From Ylistrum balloti (lineage: Eukaryota): a stretch of 64,000 nucleotides of DNA. Of this stretch, positions 24,408 through 35,775 are shown one piece after another (within the stretch, counting starts at the first letter, position 1; the number at the start of each line of letters is the position of its first letter). Below the pieces are notes generated by a model. The model was not told where the DNA came from and made no database searches. It saw nothing but the letters and a program-made list of their open reading frames with translations. A program made the position numbers and the translations under genes. The stretch covers positions 310,001 to 374,000 of the forward strand of contig NW_026782071.1 in the NCBI RefSeq assembly GCF_031769215.1, in the 5' to 3' direction.

Positions 24408-26865
24408 CTCAGCCAAATCGAGGATCAGCGCGAACAGATCAGCATTGTTCTACTTTTACATGTTTGAATAAGTGAAAATAAAGGGGAGCTCTACATAGGG
24501 ACATTTGAGAAGTACAAAGGGAAGAAGAATACCAGATGTTTCGGGAAAACAAGCGTCTTCTGCATCCAGGTCAGTCAAGTTATCTCTCGTTCTCGGGTGA
24601 GAACCAGGTTTATAAAAACCAATCAAACATGACTAAAAACGAGAAATTAGCCCTGTTAAATGGAGAAAACACCATGGAGACTCTTCCTTAAGATTTTAAT
24701 ACTGACGGTAAAGGTACAAGTTACCTTCGGCATTCGACCTTGACCTTTGACCTTCGCCGTCTGCGGTTGACCTTTTGGGGTTTAATATACAGGTTTTCGG
24801 GGATCGTTGTTTACGTTTAGTGCCACTCTTCATAAAAGATGCTGAATAAATCTGTCTGCTACCAAAGGTTACGGTCGTCATTCTTACACTGTAAACAACA
24901 TCAAGGCTAAACATCGCCATGATGTATTATTGAACAAAACTAGCGAGTAAGGCTTGGCGTGTCCGAATTAACATCTAGTGGATGGAACTCTTTTGCAATT
25001 AGTAATTACGTTCGTGTTGTTCATCTTTGAAAAAAAGACACTTTAACGATAAGCTTTCCAAATATATTGCGCAGCTTCCGAGGAAAATTAAAAACAACAA
25101 TTTTCATGACAAACCATTCGAAACACTATAACCAATATTACGCGCGCCAACTTTACAATATGTATAACGTCATTATCATATTGGACTTCAACTGTTATAG
25201 GTAAAATAAATTTAAAAGACGGAAGTTTCTGTAAGTGTATGAATGCACTCAAAACAAGTGTCACAAAAAAGAGTCCGGAAAAGCCGTGAGATAAACGTGT
25301 TAATTTGAAGATGAACAAATGCAGTGTGTCCTTTTTAAGTCAGTCTGATGGAATCAGCCATTATTATTGAAAGCATCCCTATATTCTTGTTTATCTACAA
25401 AGCGACAACCACTGGTACAATGGCGTACCTGCACACATAGTTAATGTTTAACTATAAAATACCGCCCTCGGCTTTCTCTACACCGGAAATCTTTGGCATA
25501 CATCCTGTCCAGGTCGTATAAGTTACTTAACCCGAGGTGTTACACTTGGGCCAGTACCTGTCACATCCGAACCTCTAGAGGCCAGCCGCCCAGAATTGCT
25601 AAGTATGTGTTTTACTTTAGTAAGCATTTTTATGACAGTGACGAAGAATGCACTTTTGTTAAAACTTTCTCTTAGTAAAAAAAAAAATCTCTGAGTGACC
25701 TGCTCCATTTTCTCTAAAAGATGATTACTATAAAGATAGGACGGCAATGGTTTAGCTGGAATTCATTAACGTAAATATCAAGTATTAAATGGCAAGATAA
25801 TTTTAAACACTGGAAAAGGAAAAACGTGAACACTTGCGCGAAAACTGTTTGGTAAGAAATCAGCATAAAACGATATTACATTTTGTACATGTGAAAAGTC
25901 ATTGGACTTTACTATTTTTCGCAACACTTATACATTTACTTTAAACGGGCGACTTAATTAGTGTTTGAATCAATCTCTGTCACAAAAGACCAGATATACA
26001 GTACACCTCGTTGCTTGTTGCTTAAATATGTATACTTATCTTGATTTTCATCACTTATGGAAGAACTTTTTTACTGGATCAAAATCATTCATTCAAACGA
26101 ACTTCATCCTTGCAGTATGATATAAGTTATCACCATGACTCTACGCTTCTTAGGGTCACAGACGAAGTTGTTTGAAAATTTTACCTATTCATCTGGCACC
26201 GGCTGCTCAAGGTTTGGTTAGAGTAACCAGTAGTAGGGAAAACTTTCAAACAAGAATGAAATAAAACTGGAAACACTCTTTATCCCTTCACAGCTGTTGT
26301 TGGGGTAGCAAGGCTAACTTGATATTTTGTGAATTTCAATCTTACTTTGACAGTCCTTTTTTATATAAAACATTTTTCAGAACCTATTTATTAACCCTAA
26401 CCAAGCTTTGACCAATTTGGGCCCAATAAACATTCGTTCTATAAATGAAATATCAATACTACACGTCGTTTGGTTGAAGAGCTTATGTTCGTAAGTATAT
26501 TAAAAACGTTTTACCTCCTTGACATTTGAATTTTACGTGGACAAACTTTTCAGTCATTTTCTCAAAAAAAAAAAAACGCTATAGGACACAAATTACCTTC
26601 CGTGTCTTTTGGTTATTCACGATACATGGTTTTGTTACTTAAATACATTTATTTTGAACCCGGTCACCTAGAAACGAGACAAAGGTCAATCATTTCAACA
26701 AACTTTATACTGTAGCCTGACGAGATCTTCATTTGAGAGTGTTGCAGATTGAATGTTCCGACTATTGGTTCGAAACAAGTAAGGATTTATAAACGGTATC
26801 GACTAAACTTTGTTTACTTGTTAAATGCGTAGATCAATTATCGTGATAAGCTGGTGCTATATGTC

Positions 26866-26900
26866 TTATTTACGTCGCCACCTTTGTAGGGCGACTATCC
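26866..26900 (+). mobile_element. Possible Helentron-type left end (subTIR plus inverted repeat)
   Basis: T-rich start, then GTCGCC-acctttgtag-GGCGAC. A second hairpin CGACATG-ggcttca-CATGTCG near 27378-27398 could be the other end. Inference only. Confidence 0.25.
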
Positions 26901-27436
26901 TGAAAGCATTACGTAAGTCTGATGTGTGCGCTGTGGTTTATATCTTATAACCAACATGGACAACATCATAACCATTTTAGGCCACAGAACAAGTGTCCGC
27001 ACCCGGTATTAGTAATTCCCGGTTGATCACTTTTGATTAAAACCGTTCCCATGTATAAATGTCCGGATGTTGTTTTTTCCGGATTGTCACTTACTACCAC
27101 ACAAGCTTTATACAGTAGGATACCCACTGCCTTATCAAAATAGGATCGTAGCGCTATCTTTACTATCATAGGCTTGGCGTAACAACACTCAAGTATTGTG
27201 AGAAAACATTAACATCACAAATAATCTTAAGCATGCCCTCCAATACTTATGAATATTAATAAACTATGTAAATGTGTCGTGGCCTTTTTTCTGGGTTATA
27301 ATAGATCTATCCGGTTTATATTTAGTGTGAGAAGTTATTGAGACGTAATAGCGACAATGTATAATGTCATTGTGAAAAGCGACATGGGCTTCACATGTCG
27401 TGCTAAGTGCCGAAAAAAACTGTGTACTTGTATTTT

Positions 27437-27752
27437 GAAAAGTGTTGTTTGACGTTGTAGATGTGGGAGGTGTTGTATGACGTTATAGATGTGGAAAGTG
27501 TTGTATGACGTTGTAGATGTAGAAAGTGTTGTATGACGTTATAGATGTGGAAAGTGTTGTATGACGTTGTAGATGTAGAAAGTGCTGTATGACGTTGTGG
27601 ATGTGGAAAGTGTTGTATGACGTTATAGATGTGGGAAGTGTTGTATGACGTTGTGGATGGGGAAATTGTGGTATGACGTTGTAGATGTAGAAAGTGTTGT
27701 ATGACGTTGTGGATGTGGAAAGTGTTGTATGACGTTGTAGATGTGGAAAGTG
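27437..27752. repeat. 28-bp satellite variant A, left part (~11 copies)
   Basis: Unit GATGTGGAAAGTGTTGTATGACGTTGTA, period 28. Confidence 0.95.
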
Positions 27753-28461
27753 TTTTCTCCCACCTCAGCCCATGTAGGATAGACATGTCCTATGTGGAAC
27801 ACCCATGGAGGATAAATCTATCCCACATGACTGCACTCGGTGACCTCAGTCGGCTATCACAATTTACTCAAACCGACGAGTGGATGCTTTGTTTGCAGGT
27901 TCTGTAATGCGCGACTGTAACACCACATTTAACATTAACTATATCAATCCTTGTGCAGTGAACACAAATAAACGTCGGAGGATCATCTATGACTCTGATT
28001 CTGAATGAACACACGCGTGACACTCGCACCATTGCAATTTTTCGCGCGCATAAACAATTGACGTCATTATAAACTGGGAAATCCTCTTTTTGTCCATGAC
28101 ATCGCGGCAAACCTACCCTACCTTAATAAATGATACAGAGTTAAATGTTGTTCAATACAAGTATTTCCATGTATCTATCTCTAATTAAAATATTTAATTT
28201 CCACAAAATTAATAGTTCTTCTAATGGTTATTCATATTGCGTTTGTAGTCTGTCATTTTTGCTCTCGCGGAAGAATGTAGAATTTCGGAAACGTGAATGG
28301 TGATATTCATGCGCCATTCAGACACTTGTACCGTGGGTTTTTTTTACGTCGTGGCAGAAATAATGGGGTGGGAGAAAAATAATCAACCCCTACCCTCAGA
28401 GGATGTGATAGAGAAATCTCCATTTCTCTATCACACCCTCAGGGTAGGGGAAGATTCTATT
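27753..28461 (+). mobile_element. Non-autonomous Helentron/HINE-like element inserted in the satellite
   Basis: Inverted repeats TTTTCTCCCACCTCA (27753-27767) and TGGGGTGGGAGAAAA (28364-28378), 14/15 match. A long stem-loop follows at 28387-28450. The satellite resumes in phase after a TT and no TSD is seen. Confidence 0.7.
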
Positions 28462-30545
28462 AGTATGATGTTGTAGATGTGGAAAGTGTTGTATGACGTT
28501 ATAGATGTGGGAGGTGTTGTATGACGTTATAGATGTGGGAGGTGTTGTATGACGTTATAGATGTGGGAGGTGTTGTATGACGTTGTAGATGTGGAAAGTG
28601 TGGTAGAACGTTGTAGATGTGTGTACTGTTGTATGACGTTATAGATGTGGGAGGTGTTGTATGACGTTGTAGATGTGGAAAGTGTGGTAGAACGTTGTAG
28701 ATGTGTGTACTGTTGTATGACGTTATAGATGTGGAAAGTGTTGCATGACGTTGTAGATGTGGAAAGTGTTGCATGACGTTGTAGATGTGGAAAGTGTTGT
28801 ATGACGTTATAGATGTGGAAAGTGTTGTATGACGTTGTAGATGTAAAAAGTGTTGTATGATGTTGTAGATGTAGAAAGTGTTGTATGACGTTGTAGATGT
28901 GGGAAGTGTTGTATGACGTTATAGATGTGGAATTGTTGTATGACTTTGTAGATGTGAGAGGTGTTGTATGACGTTGTGTGTGTGGAAAGTGTTGTATGAC
29001 GTTGTAGATGTTAAAAAGTGTTGTATGACGTTGTGGATGTGAGTAGTGTTGTTAGACGATGTGGACGTGGAAAGTGTTGTATAACCTTGTAGATTTCGGA
29101 AAGTGGTGTATGACGTTGTGGATGTGGAAAGTGTTGTATGACGTTGCAGTGTGTGGAAAGTGTTGTATGACGTTGTAGATGTGGAAAGTAATGTAAGACG
29201 TTATGGATGTGGAAAGTTTTGTATGATGTTGTAGATGTTGAAAGTGTGGTATGACGTTGTGGATGTGGAAAGTGTTGTATGACGTTGTGGATGTGAGTAG
29301 TGTTGTTAGACGATGTGGACGTGGAAAGTGTTGTATAACCTTGTAGATTTCGGAAAGTGGTGTATGACGTTGTGGATGTGGAAAGTGTTGTATGACGTTG
29401 CAGAAGTGGAAAGTGTTGTATGACGTTGTAGATGTGGAAAGTAATGTAAGACGTTATGGATGTGGAAAGTTTTGTATGATGTTGTAGATGTTGAAAGTGT
29501 GGTATGACGTTGTGGATGTGGAAAGTGTTGTATGACGTTGTAGAAGTGGAAAGTGTTGTATGACGTTGTAGGCGTAGAAAGTGTTGTATGATGTTATAGA
29601 TGTGGAAAGTGTTATATGACGTTGCAGATGTGTGTAGTGTTGTATGACGTTGTAGATGTGGGTAGTGTTGTATGACGTTGTAGATATAGAAAGTGTTGTA
29701 TGACGTTATAGATGTGGAATGTGTTGCATGACGTTGTAGATATGGAAAGTGTTGTATGACGTTGTAGATGTGGAAAGTGTTGTATGACGTTGTAGATGTT
29801 GAAAGTGTTGTATGACGTTATAGATGTGGAAATTGTTGTATGACGTTGTGGATGTGGAAAGTGTTGTTTTACGTTATAGAAGCGGAAAGTGTTGTATGAC
29901 GTTGTAGATGTGGAAAGTGTTGTATGACGTTGTAGATATGGAAAGTGTTGTATGACGTTGTAGATGTTGAAAGTGTTGTATGACGTTATAGATGTGGAAA
30001 GTGTTGTATAACGTTGTGGATGTGGAAAGTGTTGTTTTACGTTATAGAAGTGGAAAGTGTTGCATGACGTTGTAGATGTGGAAAGTGTTGTATGACGTTG
30101 TAGATGTGTGTAGTGTTGTATGACGTTGTAGATATAGAGATTTTTGTATGACGTTGTAGATGTGTGTAGTGTTGTATGACGTTGTAGATGTGGAAAGTGT
30201 TGTATGACGTTGTACATGTGGAATTGTTGTATGACGTTGTAGATGTGTGGTGTTGTATGACGTTGTATGTGTGGAAAGTGTTGTATGACGTTATAGATGT
30301 CAAAAAGTGTTGTATAGCCTTGTAGCTTTGAGAAAATGGTGCAAGACTTTGTAGATGTGGAAAGTGATGTATGACGTTGTAGATTTTGAAAGTGTTGAAT
30401 GACGTTGTAAGATTTGAAAGTGTTGTATGACGTAAAAGATGTTGGTAGCGTTGCAGAATGTTGTACATGTGGGAGGTGTTGTATGACGTTGAAAAGGGTG
30501 ATGGTGTTGTATGACGTTGTAGATGTGGGTAGTGATGTATGACGT
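28462..30545. repeat. 28-bp satellite variant A, right part (~74 copies)
   Basis: Same unit as 27437-27752. Contains a 254-bp nine-unit duplication (marker GAGTAGTGTTGTTAGACGAT at 29041 and 29295). Confidence 0.97.
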
Positions 30546-32420
30546 TGTGGCTACGTGTTGGATTGTATCACATTGTAGATATGTGTTGTATTGTATCACG
30601 TTATTGCTATGTGTTGTGATGTATGACGTTGTAGATATGTGTTGTGTTGTATCACGTTGTAGATATGTGTTGTGTTGTATCACGTAATTGCTATGTGTTG
30701 TGATGTATGACGTTGTAGATATGTGTTGTGTTGTATCCCGTTGTAGATATGTGTTGTGTTGTATCACGTTGTAGATATGTGTTGTGTTGTATCACGTAAT
30801 TGCTATGTGTTGTGATGTATGACGTTGTAGATATGTGTTGTGTTGTATCACGTTGTAGATATGTGTTGTGTTGTATCACGTTGTTGCTATGTTGTGTTGT
30901 ATCACGTTGTAGATATGTGTTGTGTTTTATCACGTTGTAGATATGTTGTGTTATATCACGTTGTAGATATGTTGTGTTGTATCACGTTGTAGATATGTGT
31001 TGTGTTTTATCACGTTGTAGATATATGTTGTGTTGTATCACGTTGTAACTATGTGTTGTGTTTTATTACGTTGTAGATATTTGCTGTGTTTTATCACGTT
31101 GTAGCTATGTGTTTTGCTGTAACACGTTGTTGATATGTTGTGTTGTATCACGTTGTAACTATGTGTTGTGCTGTATCACGTTGTAGATATGTTGCGCTGT
31201 ATTACGTTGTTACTATGTGTTGTGCTTTATCACGTTGTAGCTATGTGCTGTGCTTTATCACGTTGTAGATATGTGTTGTGTTGTATCACGTTGTAGCTAT
31301 ATGATGTGCTGTATCACGTTGTAGATATGTTGTGTTGTATCACGTTGTAGATATGTGTTGTGTTGTATCACGTTGTAGATATGTGTTGTGTTGTATCACG
31401 TTGTAGATATGTGTTGTGTTGTATCACGTAATTGCCATGTGTTGTGATGTATGACGTTGTAGATATGTGTTGTGTTGTATCACGTTGTAGATATGTGTTG
31501 TGTTGTATCACGTTACTGCTATGTGTTGTGTTGTATTGCGTTGTAGATATGTTGTGTTGCATCACGTTGTAGATATGTGTTGTGTTTTATCACGTTGTAG
31601 ATATGTTGTGTTATATCGCGTTGTAGATATGTTGTGTTGTATCACGTTGTAGATATGTGTTGTGTTTTATCACGTTGTAGATATATGTTGTGTTGTATCA
31701 CGTTGTAACTATGTGTTGTGTTTTATTACGTTGTAGATATTTGCTGTGTTTTATCACGTTGTAGCTATGTGTTTTGCTGTAACACGTTGTTGCTATGTTG
31801 TGTTGTATCACGTTGTAGATATGTGTTGTGTTTTATCACGTTGTAGATATGTTGTGTTATATCACGTTGTAGATATGTTGTGTTGTATCACGTTGTAGAT
31901 ATGTGTTGTGTTTTATCACGTTGTAGATATATGTTGTGTTGTATCACGTTGTAACTATGTGTTGTGTTTTATTACGTTGTAGATATTTGCTGTGTTTTAT
32001 CACGTTGTAGCTATGTGTTTTGCTGTAACACGTTGTTGATATGTTGTGTTGTATCACGTTGTAACTATGTGTTGTGCTGTATCACGTTGTAGATATGTTC
32101 GCTGTATTACGTTGTTACTATGTGTTGTGCTTTATCACGTTATAGCTATGTGTTGTGCTTTATCACGTTGTAGATATGTGTTGTGTTGTATCACGTTGTA
32201 GCTATATGTTGTGCTGTATCACGTTGTAGATATGTTGTGTTGTATCACGTTGTAGATATGTGTTGTGCTTTATCACGTTGTAGCTATGTGTTGTGCTTTA
32301 TCACGTTGTAGCTATGTGTTTTGTTGTATCATGTTGTAGATATGTGTTGTGCTGTATCACGTTGTAGATATGTTGTGTTGTATCACGTTGAAGCTATGTG
32401 TTGTGCTGTATCACGTTGAA
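30546..32420. repeat. 26-28 bp satellite variant B (~68 copies)
   Basis: Unit GATATGTGTTGTGTTGTATCACGTTGTA. Identical marker blocks at 31021, 31681 and 31927. Confidence 0.97.
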
Positions 32421-34646
32421 GCTACTTTAGTGTTTATTGAGGTTGTGGGTGTTAGCAGACAGTACTTCACTGCGATGTTATATTGTATAGAAGCGTCGTT
32501 TGAATTTCCGGACTTCAATGCACAAGAAACAAGCTGTCCACACGGTGTACATTTCCAGATGATATGCGTAACTTCACATTGCATGGCTTCATGTGAATAT
32601 AAATTGATAATTTACCATAAATAATGTTGTAGTATTTTATTACAGCCTGTACACAGGACAGGAGAGGACAACTTGTGTCAGATTACTAATTTGAATATAT
32701 CATTTTCCTGAATTATTCAAGACAAATTCTGCTATTTCAGTAGAAATGGTAATTTTGTCATAATAAATTTTCGGCTAATTCACATTATACACACTGCTGA
32801 CAAAACGATACAGCAAACGAGTACATACGTGCTTAAGTGTCAACATCAATATTTTATTTTGAATGAATACGTTTTCGAATTACCATCTATTATGTCTATA
32901 ATTTGCATATATACTTAGCAGCAGTGTCTTACCGTCTAATCTTTCATGGAATGAACTCTGACACGATATCAGTGGCTTATATTCGTCACCCAACGATAGA
33001 GTGAAACGAAGGGAAATAACACAGGAAGTTAAGGATACCAATGGTCCCACCCTCCCCTTTAAAGGTTAGCAGAAAATGGCACCCCTGCAGAACCGAGAAG
33101 CTTCTCCCGTGATCTCTACCGATGAGACGTTGAGGAAACCAAAAGAGATTTGCTGTCCCCGTTGCAACTCTAGGTTTCTCATACCCTCGATGTCCCTCTT
33201 GACACCCGTTCTCAAATGATCCTGGCTATTGCAAGGACGTTTAACTCCATCAAACGGACTCTCTTGGTTTATCTGTCGTTGTCACGTGATACTGGTGTGT
33301 GGGTTGTCATTCGCCATCGGCCTATTCCGTAACAGATCGGAAGAAGTCCGAGCCTTGACGGAATTTGTCGATATTTCGCATCTGAACAGCATTTCAACTT
33401 AGTGACGGTATAATTTCTACAGATTGTTATACCTTGGTATATACATTTGTACATGAAGAGAAGCAAAATCACCAAACGTTTCATGAGAACAATGTTTTTT
33501 TCCTTCTCTAATGTTTAAAATAGAGCAGTTTCAAACTTAATCAACGTTTCCAAGATCGTAAGTTGAGACGGAATGGACCATTAATGTAGCAGTCTCTTTG
33601 AAGTTTTTCCTTGTAACACAGCAAATAAAGAATGCTTAAATGTGCTATATGCTTCTTCCTTAGAAAAAGAAGTCAACAAGTGATAGGAGAAATATAGTTA
33701 TTTGCCATGGAGTATGGAGAAGGGATCGACTTATGATATGGAGTTATGGGTTCTCATTTTCAGCTATTACGGTGTTCAGGCCGTTTATAGCTTTAATGAT
33801 TCACAGTAGAGTATATCATTCCCTCACCATTTTTTAGATAAACTGGGTACATGTTTGTAGAACGCCAAAAATCAAATGTAGCGACATGTGAACTAAGGAA
33901 ACATATTTTTACAAATGTCCAAAGTCGTTTAGATATAATTTACATCATATCAGTGAGAAAGTTGCTAATCCCTCTATCAGATATGCTGTTCATATTGTAC
34001 ATGGTTTTAAGATAGCGAAGCAAGTTTTAAGAGACACTTGTATGAAGAGTCTGTGGGTCAAGCGGTCAACGTCCGGCCCATTCCAACTAGCGTGGTCAAG
34101 CTTTTGAAATCTTGACCTACATCGCCCCGTGTCCCCTTGTCCTTCCCACTTGCATGCCGGTGGAGATTATGCACATAGCCCCTGTAACCTTCTTATGTGA
34201 ACACTATTGACTCCCCATCCTTTATACCAGGATTACGATACCACAGAAATTTAACTCCGTGATATGTCGGAAACTTTCGCTTTATTAAAGAACATGACTG
34301 TTATTAATTGAGTTGTCCGGGTTGAAGAGAAACCTTTAAGTCATCATTAATTCTTATATTAATATTTTATTCCAACTGCAAACAAACCGATCTGGAAATA
34401 GAATAAACGAACATTGCAGCAGGCGAAATTCATTTTATTTCGTTTTTAATGGGCACAAGATTGTACCTATTTGAGGTTACGTGACCTCGCGTGGTACCCT
34501 TCGGACACTGGTCAAGATTAAACTGTTGCTAAATATAATCGATATTTACACAAAGTCTTCTCCGGTCACAAAAGATCAATTTAGTCTCCCAGGTCCGAGT
34601 TCTGCGGCTCGACCGGAAGTCCAGGTTATAAATCATCACAGGTAAG

Positions 34647-35775
34647 CGATCATATCCCGTCACATGATGGGACCGGGTACTACGCTTCGTCACAGCACAG
34701 GGTCGTGGTTTACACCTTGTCACAACGTGGGACCTGGTACTAGGAGTTATTACATAATGGATCCGGGAAACCGCGACTCGTCACAGCGTGCATAGTGCCG
34801 GTCACTACGACGCTTCACAACCTGAGACCAGGCACTACGACTCGTCACAACGTGAGACCAGGTACTACGACGCGTCACAACGTGAGACCAGGCACTACGA
34901 CTCGTCACAACGTGAGACCAGGCACTACGACGTGTCACAACGTGAGACCAGATACTACGACGCGTCACAACGTGAGACCAGGCACTACGACGCGTCACAA
35001 CGTGAGACCAGGTACTACGATCCGTCACAACGTGGTTTCCGTCAAAGCGACCTGTCACAATGTGAGACCAGGTATTACGACTCGTCACAACGTAAAACCA
35101 GTTACTGCGACTTGTGACAACGTGAAACCAGTCACTACGACCCGTCACAATGTGAGACCAGTTACTACGACCAGTCACAACGTGAGACCAGGTACTACGA
35201 CCCGTCACAGCGTAAAACCAGTTAATACGACTCGTCACAACGTGAGACCGGGAGTTATGACTCGTCACAACGTGAGACCAGGCACTACGACCCGTCACAG
35301 CGTGAGACCAGGAACTACGACCCGTCACAGCGTGAGACCAGGAACTACGACCCGTCACAACGTGAGACCAGGCACTACGACTCGTCACAACGTGAGACCG
35401 GGTATTACGACTCGTCACAACATGAGACCAGGTACTAAGACTCGTCATAACGTGAGACCAGTTATTACGACTCGTCACAACGTGAGACCGGGTATTACGA
35501 CTCGTCACAACGTGAGACCGGGTAAGACTCGTCACATAACGTCACAACGACCGGGTATACGACTCGTCACAACGACCCGTCACAACGTGAGACCGGGTAT
35601 TACGACCCGTCACAACGTGAGACCGGGTATTACGACTCGTCACAACGTGAGACCGGGTATTACGACTCGTCACAACGTGAGACCGGGTATTACGACTCGT
35701 CACAACGTGAGACCGGGTATTACGACTCGTCACAACGTGAGACCGGGTATTACGACTCGTCATATCATGGATCCG
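34647..35775. repeat. 30-bp minisatellite (~32 well-conserved copies plus degenerate edges)
   Basis: Unit CGTCACAACGTGAGACCAGGYACTACGACY, which reads VRPGTTTRHN on +. No in-frame ATG. Confidence 0.95.

Noticed and set aside
24741-24753. Perfect DR1 nuclear-receptor element TGACCTTTGACCT
   Set aside because: Part of a GACCTT-type micro-repeat that I recall being common in mollusc repeats. Nothing links it to a promoter.
34757-35775. ATGGATCCG direct repeat flanking the 30-bp array as a possible 9-bp TSD
   Set aside because: Degenerate monomers continue to the left of 34757, and both motifs look like decayed copies of the unit itself.
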